DNA of 64,000 bases from Epiperipatus broadwayi (GCA_028023455.1 JAQFVV010000006.1:15004001-15068000), one strand, 5' to 3'. Shown: positions 34,898 to 48,820, counted from the stretch's first letter. A program made the numbers and translations. The notes: a model not told the origin generated them from the sequence alone.

Positions 34898-37731
34898 CTT
34901 CCACAAAATAATAATCAGAAAGTAATAATATTTTTTTTTATAACAGCTATATAATCAGTAATAATTTTATACGTTAAAAGCTTTTTTCAGCACCAGCTTT
35001 GGTGCCCTTTTCAAATATTACTAATCTATTTAATGTTGACAAATTATTTCAGATATAAAACCATCAAGTGTCCAATAATGGAATTAAATTATAAATAATT
35101 AAAACAAATCAAAATTCTCATATATAAATTCAGTAATTACAAAATAATTGATTATATCATAACAATACATTAAATAAATATTACATGCATTTTTTACAAT
35201 TATATATATATATCTTATATAATTCTCCCTTTATTTTTAATCAACCAATTGTTAACCAAATTTACAGAAGTCTTATAAATATTCATACAATTATTCAAAT
35301 TACTTTTAATATAGTATGTTTTATATATTTGTCTTCTTTTTGAATTAATACTTTTTGTAGCATCTATTCTACGCCGATATTTCAAGTAATGAATATATAA
35401 TGCAGATTTATCATATCTTCTATTAATTGCATTATTATGTTCTTTGGCTCTTACCTCTAATTGTTTTCCAGCATGCCGAAATAAAATCATTCTACAAATT
35501 CCACATGTAATTTTATGTACAATTCCTTTTTTGTACCGCATATCATCCCTTAACCTATAATTACCTATTAATTGATCAAGAGTTTTACTACTTGATCAGA
35601 CAATATTTATATTCTCCTCAATATAATTTTTGTTATATCTTAATGTATTATAAATCCTAGGATAATATGAAAGTTTAATCCATTTCTTATTTGATTTATT
35701 ATTACTATTATCAATACCATTATTTTCCTCAGAAATTTTATCATCCACTACAGATTTTTTAGACTTAAAAAATATATTGTTAATAATTTTAGGATTATAT
35801 CCATAATCTTTATATAATTTAATAAATTAATTCTTTTGCAGTTGAGTATACATTTATCTATATTATATTTATCATTTCTGTATTTAAAATTTTTAATAAC
35901 TGCTAATTTTTGTACCCATGCTTGTTGTGAATCTACAGGAATAATTTTTCTTAATTTGTGTTCTTTAATAAAATGTTTTAAAGTAATTTTATTATCTTTA
36001 TATTAATTTCTATATCTAAATATTTAATCTTATTGTCAAATTCTATTTTAGTAAATTTAATTTTATATATATAATTTTAAACTCATTGTAAATATTATTC
36101 ATTGTTCTTTTATTACCAATAATTAAAATATCATCAACATATGTAGAACTAATTACCCTTTTTTTAATTGCAGTATTTTGTAATTCATTTATAAATATTG
36201 ACATTAAACCACTAATTACATAACCCATCCCTCATTTATATTCCAAAATCCATTATTATATTTAAAATATAAACCATTGTGTATTAATTTTAAGCCCTCT
36301 TCAATAATATTTATTATGTTTATATCATGTATATATTTATTTAAATTTTTTATTAATATATCTATACTTTTGAGTCTTGGAATACTTGGATACAATTTTT
36401 CAAAATCCATTGTAAAAATACTTTGATTCCTATTTGATTTTATACTATTTAATTTATCAATAGTACAACCTGCATTCTTTATAGAATATTCACCATATCC
36501 TAAAATACCTGTTATCTATTTATTTATATACTTACAAAACTTCTGTAAAATAAAATTACTGAAGTTAAACAACACCCTCAATGGGTTCTTATTTTTATGA
36601 GTTTACCCTTTGTAAAAATATATGGATTTTTCATAATAAACATTTTATTAAAGAACATAAATTAAGAAAAATTATTCATATAGATTCACAACAAGCATGC
36701 ATACAAAAATTAGCAATTATTAAAAATTTTAAATATAGGAATGATTAATATAATATAGATAAAAGTGTAGCTCATTTGCAAAAGAATCAATTTATTAAAC
36801 TATATAAAGATTATGGATATAATCCTAAAATTATTAACAATATATTTTTTAAGTCTAAAAAATCTGTAGCGGATCATAAAATTTCTGAGGATAATAATGA
36901 TAATAATAAATCAAATAAAAAATGGGTTTAACTTTCATATTATCCTAGGATTTATAATACATTAAGATATAACAAAAATTATATTGAGAAGAATATAAAT
37001 ATTGGCTGGTCAAATAGTAAAAATCTCAATCAATTAATAGATAATTATAGGTTAAGGGATGATATACAGTACAAAAAGGAATTGCATATAAAATTACATG
37101 TGGAATTTGTAAAATAGTTTACTTTGATCATACTGGCAAACAGTTGGAAGTAAGAGCCAAAGAACATAATAATGCAATTAATGGAAGAGATGATAAATCT
37201 GCATTATACATTTATTACTTGAAATATAGGCATAGAATAGATGCTACAAAAAGTATTAAATATTTAAATTACATCAAAGATCCAAAAAGAAGACAAATAT
37301 ATAAAATATACTATATTATAAGTAATTTGAATAATTGTATGAATATTTACAAGACTTCTATAAATTTGGTTATTAATTGGTTAATTAAAAATGAATGAAA
37401 AATTATATAAAATGACATATATAATTGTAAAAAAAATGCGGAGTAATTTATTTATTGTATTGTTATGATATAGTCAATTATTTTGTAATTACTGAATTTA
37501 TATATGAGGGTTTTGATTTATTTTAATGATTTATATTGTTATTGTTTGTTTTAATTTCATTATTGGGATATTGGATAGTTTTATGTCTGAAATAATTCAT
37601 CAACATTAAATAGATTAGTAACATTTGATAAGGGCACCAAAGCAGGTGCTAAAAGGCTTTTAATGTATAAAATTATTATTGATTATATAGCTGTTAAAAA
37701 GAATTTATTACTATTTTCTGATTATTATAAA
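34898..37731 (-). mobile_element. 5'-truncated Penelope-like element 2 (RT + GIY-YIG, frameshifted) with about 1.1-kb inverted duplication
   Basis: Minus strand: HKNKNPLRV..IKNAGCTIDKL..MDFEKLYPSIP..YFKYNN..EG.VMG..TYVDDILII (RT), then GIV/AHKITCGIC..GKQLEVRAKEH..KSALYIH (GIY-YIG). 34898-35980 is the reverse complement of 36637-37731. Degenerate HHR TTGATAA GGGCACC..GGTGCT(G)AAA at 37625-37660 and 34977-35015. Confidence 0.9.
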
Positions 37732-39349
37732 ATATATATATTTTAAGTTTTTATATTTGGATACTTTTTGTAATTATTCCAATTTAAAATGGAGATTGTA
37801 AACTATGTCGCAGTCTGCTTAATATTAGAAAGGAAATTCGTGTATTTTAAAGGTTTACAATATTGTTTTGTTTATGAAGAAAGCCTTTCAAGAAAATCAA
37901 TTTTTATAATCGACAAAATTTCATCCATTTTTAAAAAATCAATTTTTACAATCAAGATTTGTTTTTATTTCTATTTTAATTGATCGTTAAAGCTTTTTAA
38001 TCCAAGCTTTTTTATTGCTTTCTTGTACTCAACACTGAAAACTTATTGAGCCAATATCAACATGTTCGAAATTCAGTCCATCAACCCCTCTACAATAAAC
38101 AAGGCACTGGACCAACCTGAAATATTTCAGTATCATATTGCATTTCCATCGATTTCTAATATGTGTACAAACGTTTAAGAATGTCCATTTGATAAGAGTG
38201 TTAAATCTCAATTCCATAAACAAACAAACGAACAGAATTTTTAAGTTAAATAAAAGTGTTTAAAAATATAAAAGTACCCAAACTTTGATTATCCAACATT
38301 TCATAAGGTGTTATATTAATTTTTTTACTGCCATACTATGAAGGCATTACTTAGAATGTGACTTATGTTTCTGTTAATGATTTTATATCAGATTTTTTCT
38401 TATTCATAACGAGACTATATTTTTTTTAATATTTATATAGAACTTTTGTAAAACAATTTGAAACTTATAATTAAAGTTTATTAGTATATAAAAGTTAGCA
38501 AAAATGGGAAAATGTAAAACAGCCTTTAAATAACCTATTGCATGGTCAATACATGTCAGCTCTTTATAGCATAATAGTTTAGAAAGCCTCATGCTTGACT
38601 TTTTTTTTTCCATTTTAGTCAGATGATTGTTATATTTCCTGATTGGCAAAAAAAAAAAATTCAATTATGATACAGTCTTCATCACTAGTAGGGAGAAAAT
38701 ATTCTTAACTCAATTTTTTTATTATTTAAATATAGATAATTTAAAAATTAACTCGAGCTTTCTCTTTTGTCTTATAAAATCTTTGATTTTTTTTTTATTA
38801 TAAATGTTTCCTATTGAATGATACTATTTCTGCGCTTTGTTAATAGTGTACCAGTCAAAACATGTTTACCCATCTAACATGAGCTGGAACTCACAAAATG
38901 TACTTCAAACCCAGTCAAACCCGAGATTTAGATCAAGGACCAGCCTGAATTCGAACCCACTCTCTAAGCCCCAGATCTAACACCTAATGAATAACATAAT
39001 AGTGATGGCACATGAGAATTAATTTTAATCTGGCCCACTAGCAAAGTGTGAGAAGACAATGAGACATCTATTACTATGACTAAACTAATATATATATATA
39101 TATAAGCATGGCTGTACTTTTGGAAATGGAGAAAAAAAGGAATTTGAACTATTCAGACAAGTTAGACAATAAAAATTAGTTTAATATACTAACAAATTAT
39201 TATACATTTATAAATTAATTGCAAACATTAGTATGTGCATGAATGAGCAAGCGGTTGATGATTACATAGTGTCATTCACGCTATTATTTCTCATATGCTC
39301 TTTATTAGCTAAATAATATATGATAAATAAGCACACATCTTTGGTGGGT

Positions 39350-39870
39350 CCAATATTAAGCTGCCAATCGATTATTAGAAAGAATTTACATAAAATTGAT
39401 ATTAACATTTTGATTTACGGTTCTGAAACGTGGTGACTAACATTTCGGGGAGTGTTCCGAGATTCATTACATATATAAGAAAATTATTCTCACGCCATTA
39501 TGGTCGTGAAAATAAATAAACACATTTGAAAATTACATTTAGTTATATGACAATATATTTAATGAAAATTCTCTTAATTAGCGCTGGTAAGAAGAACACT
39601 TTATTTTTCCCAAGGCATATAGATACTCTTAAATACAGAAATAAGTTACGATGATGGGATTGTATAAGACTGAAATCAATTTAATTAATAAACTAGAAGT
39701 AGTTGGCATTTATATATATTTTAAGCAGAGCGCAATTTTAATATTAGAGCATTAAAACTGGGTCATGAAGCAAAAGAAATAAATATACAAAGAAGTTTGC
39801 GGTGCTGACATAATAACCAAGAAATAACAGGAAAAGTTGTGCTTCTGGATGAAAGACGAAGTGGATAGGC
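39350..39870 (+). pseudogene. Degenerate RTE-like LINE remnant
   Basis: ILIYGSETW*LT (about 39408-39440), the RTE LLYGxETW motif; remainder decayed. Confidence 0.45.
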
Positions 39871-40045
39871 ATGCCGTGGTCATTGCCGACATGCAGGTTT
39901 TTTATACGAAGACAGTGGATGGGCGTAGCATATGCCAGACTTAGGGAATCACCACCAGAGACCTTTTGATACGAAAAAAATGAATATGCATAGCGTGTGC
40001 CAAACTTACGGGAATCACCGCCAGAGGCATTTTTATATGAAATAA
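39855..40045. repeat. About 65-bp tandem repeat, 2-3 diverged copies
   Basis: atacgaa....g.at...c.tagc.t.tgcca.actta.gggaatcacc.ccagag at 39904 and 39969. Confidence 0.7.
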
Positions 40046-42081
40046 ATAGTCCTGGGAAGATGAACTATCCACAGGACAGAATATGAAGAAAATCTATGGA
40101 TTCAAACCTGTCGCAACCCCCAGATTAAGAAGCACATATATTTAAACACGAAGATAAGGCCGAATGTCAGCAACGCAGCATGGGCAAATGTCACCAACGA
40201 CATTGAATAAGTTTACCACTTTAAAATGAATGACCCTTATTTGAATGCCATAATTTAGATAAATAATACACTATGCAGTTATAATATATACAGATGCAAG
40301 ATTTTATTTAATAACTAAAATAGTAAAATATACATTAAGACTTAGACCCCTTCCTTTTCTGCTATTTAAAATAAATCAATCCCACCTTCATTGATTTTAC
40401 AATAACTGGAACGTATAAGTACTATATTTGATACTCTAAGAGTATGCAAAAACAAAACCAGCAGTTATAGAAAAAAAACTAATTGGTCACCTTTTCAGAA
40501 TTGAATAACATTTATAAAATAAATAAGGTTTCAAAGTGTTAATTAGCTTGAGTTCTGGATTCACCCTGGGTAGAAAATCCAGAGTTAAACAAATATATTT
40601 TTATACTAAAACATAAATAAAATGTTGACTCATAAAACAATCTGTCGAGCGTATTAATTAACAATGCATTATATTTTAAGGGAACGTTAACCTAATTCAC
40701 AAAGGTTTACTTAAAAGAAGAAAGAAAAGATTTTAGAAATTCAACTCGTCAGATTGCTTAAGATTGGCATATTAATAATAAGAGCATATATATATAAAAT
40801 CAAGTAATAAATAACTATAAATTAAAGAAAGTTAGAGCATATGAGAAAGAATTAAATTTATAGAAATATTTAAGAGCAAATTACATATTAAAACAAAAAC
40901 AAAGTTAAATAATACTTTAGAAGAAATCTTGATAGATGGGTTAGGCTAGATTTAGTTTGAGGTGACAGCTTGAAAAGTTACCTTGCAATTTTAAGAGTCC
41001 AATTTAAAGTATGGCACATGCACAGCAATTGAAAAGCAAGTTCTTCGGTGGCAGCAAGCTTCTATTAGCATTCTAAAATTCTTAGGTCGGGCTTTTACTT
41101 CACTCTTGGGAGCATGATATAATGGCAGATGATGACTCAACAGGGCCGAGAAGGGTGGTGGACTTACTACTATATCATAATTTTTTTAACTTTCATGCCA
41201 GCGTAGGTAATGTTCATTGTGGTTCTTTCAATAGTAGCTCACCTGTCTCTTGATTAAAAATTCGGTCATTTTATACTTTTGCCCAGGTATTTCTGGAATG
41301 CTTTTAATTACTTAGTTCATTGTTTTTGAAAGATGCAACTGTTAGATAACGTCCAAAAATAAATTCTAATTTATTTTCAGATTAGAAATAGATTTGACAA
41401 AAATGTTTATAACAAAAAAATCTTTAATCTTAATCCCATTTTAAGTAAAAACTTTAATTAAAAATACCTTCCACAGATTAAAACAATAGTGTTTCCAACC
41501 CTTTAATTATTTTTAGACAATTTACAATTGCATCTTCCATTTTGGATTTAAAAAGAAAAGTATAGTTTAATAGGAAAAAAATACTTTGAAAGAAAAAGTT
41601 TAAAGAATGACATATAATAAAATATTTAAAAATCAATATTGTTAGTAAGTTTTTGCTCCTATATACATATATTTGAGCCGCACCTATAATACTTTAATAA
41701 AAAACTAATAATTAATAAAAAAGAAAATAATTTTAAAAAATGTTATTGAAAGTTAAAATTTTTAGGTGCGCATCTCAAATATATACATAAAAAATATATA
41801 CATGACAAAAGGAGCGGGATGGGATATAAGGTTTAAACACGGGTTAGTAGATGGAATCATGAAGCACAATCTTAAGCTAAGATTGACTGCTTCAATATTT
41901 ATCCATAAAATGTATCTTTTGTACATTTGTTTAAAGTCATGTACTATGGGGGGGGGGTTAAATCATATGTAAATTAAAATTTTTAAAATAAAATATCTGG
42001 AACTTAATATGAAAAGTAAAACATAATTTAAAAATTAAATATTTTTATCTATCATTAACATAAAAAATTATTATTATTTTT

Positions 42082-42450
42082 AAAAAAAAAAACTAATGAC
42101 TTTATTACTCGGGAGTTCAAAAAGGATTTGAGCACCAGAATCGATCTCAAGTTGGACACTCTACCGCCAAACCATGAAACATTTTTAAAATGAAATGCAT
42201 AAATAAGTATAATACAAAATCTTACTTAAATATTTCTTATGCATATTTTACATTGATTTATTTTTCAAAAGTATATATTAAAAAAAAACAATAATGATTA
42301 TATCTGTGAGTAATTTCTTATTAACTTGCTTTATATGACACAGTTCTGCGCGGTTTGATGCAGTAGGTAGAGAATTCAACTTGGGGATCGATCCCGGTAT
42401 TTGAACTTCTTGTGAATTCCAGAGCAATAAAGACATTAGCTTTTTTTCTT
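42082..42450. repeat. Two head-to-head copies of a short, possibly tRNA-derived repeat
   Basis: 42082-42172 aligns to the reverse complement of 42351-42450; A-box-like TGATGCAGTAGGTAGAG and B-box-like GGGATCGATCCC. Confidence 0.5.
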
Positions 42451-43734
42451 TTTTTAACCATATGCCATATAAATAAATATGGCACAATTAGCATTTATTC
42501 ATAATCCAAATGAGATATGGGATAAGATATTGTGATTTTTATTGGGGATATCTTGAATGCAGCTCCATTGTATAGGTTTAATTCAGAAATTTCTTTCTCT
42601 AGCACTTAAACGTGTGATTAAAGAAGACAATACACCAGTGCATGAAAACATGACAAAATCTCCTCTTTCTAAAAACGACTATTATTCAATGGGCCAACTA
42701 AAATAAATAAACATTTGATTTTTATGAAAAAAATCTAGAAAACTGGGGAACATGAAAAGAGAAAACATGTAAATTATATTAAAAGGAAGCAATGTTCCCT
42801 TTGCTTTTATGGATTGGAAGCCACTGAATATCCAATGGGAGAAAATATGAATATCCACAAATGGAATTAATGGTGATGTTGCAAACTCATTAGTTTACTT
42901 GAACCCTTTTTTTTAAAAACAGGAACGGAGATAATCAACCATAAAATATGCTACCTTTAAAACTTTTTAGCATATTTCAGTCACAATTCTAAAGAGTATC
43001 AGCCAGCTTTCCAAGAATATTTTGTTCCTAGAAATTATCTTAACACTAACTTCTGCTTAGGAAGAAAAATAAATTAGATTTATCCAAAGTTAACCCTAAA
43101 CAGTAAGAAGATAGTGTCAAATTTTAGTTTTTTTGTTGCAGAAAATATATTTTGAACTTTCTCCCAAACTCAGTTTTTGCTATATCCAGCAAGTAAATAA
43201 TTGATAATAGCAGATTTGAGATAGTTAAAATATATAAAAATAATAAACTGTCATGGTGACCTGCACATAATAAACCCTAGTCATGCTTTTGGACTTACAG
43301 AAGAAGGATCCTCTGACTTATATTAATACCAGAATATATAGACCAGGTTCTGGGTGTTTATATACCCCTCAAGACTTTTGGAGTTTTTACATACCTTACC
43401 ATATATGACATTTTCACATACACATGTTATTTTTCACACTCCTCACCTTATATGATGTTTTTACAGTTCTCTGACCTTATAAGGCCAGCTGTGCAACTCT
43501 ATGACCTAACAATATTGCTACACATTGATAGTTACATTGCTACACAGTTATTTATATAATCATTATATATATGATTATTTGACACAATCATTATACACAA
43601 TTATTGTACAAAGTTATTTTTATTCTACACAATCATTATACATTTATTGTTGCACATATACCTATATTCCTTCCTTGACCTGAACACTGCAGTTTTTTTT
43701 AACCTATTCTAGAGCCATCTGCTGTAAGTTTTAG

Positions 43735-43935
43735 CGTTTTGTGTCTTTATCAATAAGAATTAGGATTTAAAACTAGGCTAATGTACTTTTGAATCTAGCA
43801 GCCATTTTTAATTTTTTGTGCTGTTTAAATATCTTGAATAGCATAAAGGAATAAAAGATCTGCTAAGTGCACAAATATATTAATTTTAGCTTAAAATCCT
43901 AATCCTCATTGATGAAGGCAAAAATCATGTCTCAT
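43735..43935. repeat. Short degenerate palindrome with HHR 5' half-core remnants
   Basis: aaatcctaatcctcaTTGATGAaggca (43894-43920) versus reverse complement of 43742-43770 (aaatcctaattcttaTTGATAAagaca). Confidence 0.4.
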
Positions 43936-44561
43936 GTGAGAGTATATAGCACTGTTGATTATTTAATTATTAGTATATGCTTCTAGAGTAACTTTTGGTA
44001 ACTGCTGTTGAAATCATATGAGAAAGTCATATAATATTGTCGAGATTCTTGTTATTCAGATGGAAGAATGAACGCAACCATTTCTATGGACTTAGGAATA
44101 AGACATCCAGTTTAGGAAAATATTTTTTAGTTTTTTATAAAGGATTTTCTTTTCTTCCAATACAATACTTTTTAAGGGCAAATCAATGATGTCAGAATAT
44201 CTAAATGAGTATTTTATGACGAAATTGAGCATAAATTTCATGGGAGAGATAGACCTGATCTTTCTTACAAGGATTATTCCATTCTTAAAATGTTTAGTAG
44301 TGATTGTTTCAGTTGGTAAGATGTGTCAGAGACTAGCATACATTGGAGAGTTACAATTAGATATGATGATGAGGTATTTCAGAAAGAAAAATTTTCTACT
44401 GAAGAAATGAAAAAACAACATCGTAAAATAACAACAAAAAAGGACATGTTTTATGCATGGATGTATTTGTGGATTATAGATTGGTATGAAGAGCAGTTTT
44501 TCCCCTCTCTCCTTTAGGTTTTTTTTTTTTGGTGTCAGAATAGTCATACTTGTTAATGATT

Positions 44562-44566
<5 letters not shown>

Positions 44567-44644
<78 letters not shown>
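44567..44644. repeat. (ATT)26 microsatellite
   Basis: Direct reading. Confidence 0.98.
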
Positions 44645-44702
44645 GAAGTTTCTGCTTCTGGAAGATCACTGATGAATAAAACAGTTTTTAGAAATGTCAT
44701 TT

Positions 44703-45343
44703 AATTAGAGGGGGTTTGAACCAGACTTTCAAACTCCCTTTATTCACCCACTCCATCTTATACAACTAATACACATGACCAAATACATGTGAAAAAGATA
44801 AATGATCTCCAATATAAGCATTTTGTGCTGAATCAGCACTCGTCAGTTATTCTAAATCATCATCTTCCACAAACACACACACACACATATATATAATCAG
44901 TGCTCAGTTATATTAAAATAGCAAATCTTCAAACTTTAATGAACAATCTTTTCCAACTCTTCATCCATTCATATCATTGAAAATCTGATGATGGCATGTT
45001 CAAAGCCCTTGTTTCCCAATTTTGTTGTCATACCCACATGGGCCATGTCGTTCTGATGCAGGACCTTAAGCCCATTTAAATACGTAAGAGGGATGGGCAG
45101 AATATAGGCTGAATCTGTAATATTAAATATATATATATAAGCTAAGTGTAATTAGAGAGGATTTGAACCCAGACTTTCAAGCTTTCTTCAGTTATCCACT
45201 CCATCGTATATAACCGATATATCGAAGATCTATTATCTTTTTCATGTGTTTGTGCTCATATGTATCAGTTGTATAAGATGGAATGCATGATTGAAGGGAA
45301 CTTGAAAGTCTGGGTTCAAATCCGCTCTAATTATATCCAGCTT
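44703..45343 (-). mobile_element. Family C copy 2: about 447-bp monomer, partial second copy, and terminal inversion
   Basis: aattagag at 44703 and 45150; 45230-45343 inverted; HHR at 44809-44850, reverse complement ATAA CTGACGA GTGCTG ATT CAGCAC AAAA TGCTTATA TTGG (G12 mutated). Confidence 0.8.
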
Positions 45344-46644
45344 AAAATATAAATATTATACTTATATTTAAATTTTACAAATGTCATATTTGTTAAGAAA
45401 AGTGTCTATAATTGCTCAAATTTTTAAATGGAAGCACTTTAGCAATTAGTCTTTTTTTTTTTAAGATAATTTTTCTAGAGGTGTAACTGAAGTTAAATTG
45501 ATAAAGATAACACCAATCTATTTTAAAAACGTATTCATCTTGGCCTAGATCCAACGTGTTATAACAGAAATAGATTTTTAATTTATTACAATTATTCTTA
45601 TTAAAAATAACAATTAAATACTTGCTCAGGAGGTCATGTGGCATTTGAACATCAAAAGTGATAGATTGTGCTTCGATTCAAAAAACTTTTGGCTCTTGAA
45701 TTTAGTCTTCCACTGTTATATTGTTGAGATAATAGTGAATTTCTTCTTCGAGTAGAATATTTGGTCAAGTAACTGCATTTAATTCCCATAAATTAAAAAA
45801 TATATTTGATACTTTTGATGTCCATTGATTACTCATATTTTTAATTCAGGGCTGTAAAATTAGAATGGATTTCTGCTCATTCATTAGAAATTAGGAAACA
45901 GAAACTTAGTTTTCTAGCTGAAAGTTGAATTAAGTTCCCAAGCAATAAGAGTGGATCAGATAAGTATCAATACATTGAGCACAAGTAACCACATGATTAT
46001 AGATGCAATTTTGCTTTAAAGATTTAAAGAAAAGTCAAATACAGTTGAATTAGACAGTTTAAACTTTCTTACCACGGTTGTGTAATACGTAATACGAAAG
46101 AAGTGTGAACAAGCAATGTCATTTGGTCATTGTTGGTGTAGGTTGTTATCATTTGCTACTTCCTTGCCAGAATAACCATCAGCTCTACATAGGGGCATGA
46201 CTAGAATTTTGGGCCATTATGTAAAATTTCAAAAGAGGCTTTAATAATATTTATAACATATGTGGATATTGTTTGAATATTTATACACTTATAAGAAAAG
46301 ACTCCTTAAGAACCAGACCATAAGCATTGCATTGGTTTACTTCACAGCAACTGTCATGGGTCCTCTAAAACTGTGAATCTTCGATAATATTATATAAAGA
46401 ATACTCATGTAGTTTTCCAGATAAAATCATAAGCAATTTTCTATTTAAAACAGCAGTGTTTCATATGAGATTTGTTATTAGCAGAATGCAATTTCTAAAG
46501 ATCAAAGAATTTTAGGTATTTATTTATATTCTAGAATTATATACAATATATATATATATGAAATAGAACCAGTTGTGTATTGTAGCTCAAAGTTAAATAT
46601 AGAAAATAGAAATATCAGTATCATCTTAAGTTAAATTGCTTTAG

Positions 46645-47546
46645 CCATATACCTGTGAAACGAAGTCTGAATGGAGGAGCACAGGTAAAAAGGTAACCTT
46701 TTATCTATAAGTGGAAAAGATGTTAAATATATTGAAATTCAGACTAATATAAACAAGAAGCATGAAACTAAATCAGGTAAGTTCTTAAAGCAAATAAACA
46801 AATACTATATTACATGTATAAAGCAAGATTAATACAAATATCACTTTAAATGTTGAAAACTTCAAACATAACCATTGAATTTTTTTTTAAATAAAAAAAA
46901 CACCCAATTCATTTTATATGAAAGCATTGTTACTTATAAGACCTGCTAATGTTTGTGATAGATCCATATCTTTCTCCAATGGTGGGTGGGGGTGGAAAGG
47001 GTTTGTACAATTACCATTTTAAACGTTAATACAGCATTCGACTGTCGCAAACATCCTACCTACTGGAGAAAGATACTGAATTCTGTTGTTGCAAACACAG
47101 GCATCAGGTCTAATACGTAAGTACCAAGATAATTTTCTTAACGAGTCAAAACATTTTCAAATAAATAAATTGGCGGAGGTACTTTCTAGGTGAACTTCAT
47201 GATCAATTCCAAATTATAGAAACTTTGACAACCCTTAGTATTTACTTTTCACTACATGTCTTCAATGTCCAAAAATTATTTATCAATTGACTATTTATTA
47301 ACAGGTTCAATCTACACTGTTTAGCAAATTCTGCAAAAGTACAATTAGCATGTTTTGCTAAACTTTTTAACTGTCAGCCCACACCCATTATTAAACGTTA
47401 TCTAATATTGGTCAGTAAATGGGTATCTAACTTCTTAATTAAAACATAAAACAATGGTTAAAAACTACTCAAATCATCGCCACTACAAACTAACAAGTCA
47501 GCTTATTGTTCTCTATGATGAGTCAGGGAGAGGTCTTTACCCTGTA
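46645..47546 (+). CDS. Five consecutive exons of an unidentified host protein-coding gene (46645-46684, 46743-46776, 47035-47116, 47305-47410, 47502-47546)
   Basis: All AG/GT-bounded, two donors are GTAAGT, one has a CTAAC branch point; phases are mutually compatible with no stops: HIPVKRSLNGGAQ|TNINKKHETKS|AFDCRKHPTYWRKILNSVVANTGIRSN|TFNLHCLANSAKVQLACFAKLFNCQPTPIIKRYLIL|LIVLYDESGRGLYPV. The last two donors have alternatives. Confidence 0.6.
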
Positions 47547-48171
47547 GTAAGCCATTTAACAGATATACGAAGTAACACGATTTTATCTTAATTTCAAGTT
47601 TTCATCAAATACATAAATTTTTAACTTTGTGAAAATGAAGCTCTTTTCTATTTGCATTCCTCCGAATTCTTTTAACAACACCAAAAACGATTATTTTATA
47701 TTTTTAAAAATTAGAGCTAGTAAAAATAAATAGGTAAAACGCAACAAATGTCACAAAATTGTTGTTGTTTTAACAAATATCTTACTACAGAAATATCTGT
47801 CATCAATATTTATTTGTCAAATAAACCAGAACTTAATTCCTACTTAAATGTGATCATATTTAATTTTATTTTTAACTGTTTTCAGAGAACTTGATACTGT
47901 ACAAATCTTTTAATCATAATGTTATCTTTCTTTCGATTTTATCAATTTTAAGTCATTTCAAAAAACGTGATATTTTGAATATATTAATAAATTTTTTATT
48001 AGTCATTCATTAGAGTAGAGATTATCCAATAATGTAAAATATTTCTGTAGTGTTGTTTTCCCAACACCGCTCTCACGCTACGTAGTGACTGGTTTTTGTC
48101 CGCTTTTAGCACCTTGTAAAGGGATGTAATTATAAACACGTTACCAAAGACGTGAAAATGATGTACGGTCC

Positions 48172-48211
48172 CCAAGACACATTTCATGCTGAACCAGCAC
48201 TCATCAGTTGG
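48172..48211 (-). ncRNA. Minimal type I hammerhead (family B copy 1)
   Basis: Reverse complement CCAA CTGATGA GTGCTG GTT CAGCAT GAAA TGTGTC TTGG; GUC triplet; G10.1 pairs with U. Confidence 0.8.
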
Positions 48212-48528
48212 CACAGACTACAGTCTCTTACACATATCTTTATCATTGTTCAATATATAGATAGCAAATTAATACAGTTTAATTGATAAGTGCCAAATTT
48301 GCTGCCCTCACAACTTTGACCCAAATCATTTAATAGAAATATATTAATAATTTTTATTAGTCATTCATTAGAATACAGTTTATCCAATGATAAATAATAT
48401 TTCTGTAGTGTAATTTTTACTGCACTGCTCTCTTGCAAGGTAGGGATTGGTTTCTATCCGCTTTTAACACCTTGTGGAGGGATGAATTATAAACATATAA
48501 CCAAAGATATGAAAAGGATGTATGATCC

Positions 48529-48570
48529 TCAAGATGCATATTTCATGCTGAATGAGCACTCATCAGTTGG
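48529..48570 (-). ncRNA. Minimal type I hammerhead (family B copy 2)
   Basis: Reverse complement CCAA CTGATGA GTGCTC ATT CAGCAT GAAA TATGCATC TTGA. Confidence 0.7.
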
Positions 48571-48820
48571 CCTAGATGACAATCTCTTATATATATCTTT
48601 ATCGCTACACATATCTTTACACTAGAGAAATATTATTCATTATTGGATAATCTCTAGTCTAATGAATGACTAACAAAAATTATTAATATATTTCTATTAA
48701 GTGATTTGTGTCAAAGTTGTGAGGGCAATAAGTTTGACGCTTATCAATTAAACTGTAATAATCTACTATCTATATATATTGAACTATGATAAAGGTATGT
48801 GTAAGAGACTGTAGTCTAGA

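Noticed and set aside
44326-44700. 124-aa ORF with a poly-Ile run
   Set aside because: Produced by the (ATT)26 microsatellite; no other protein-like signal
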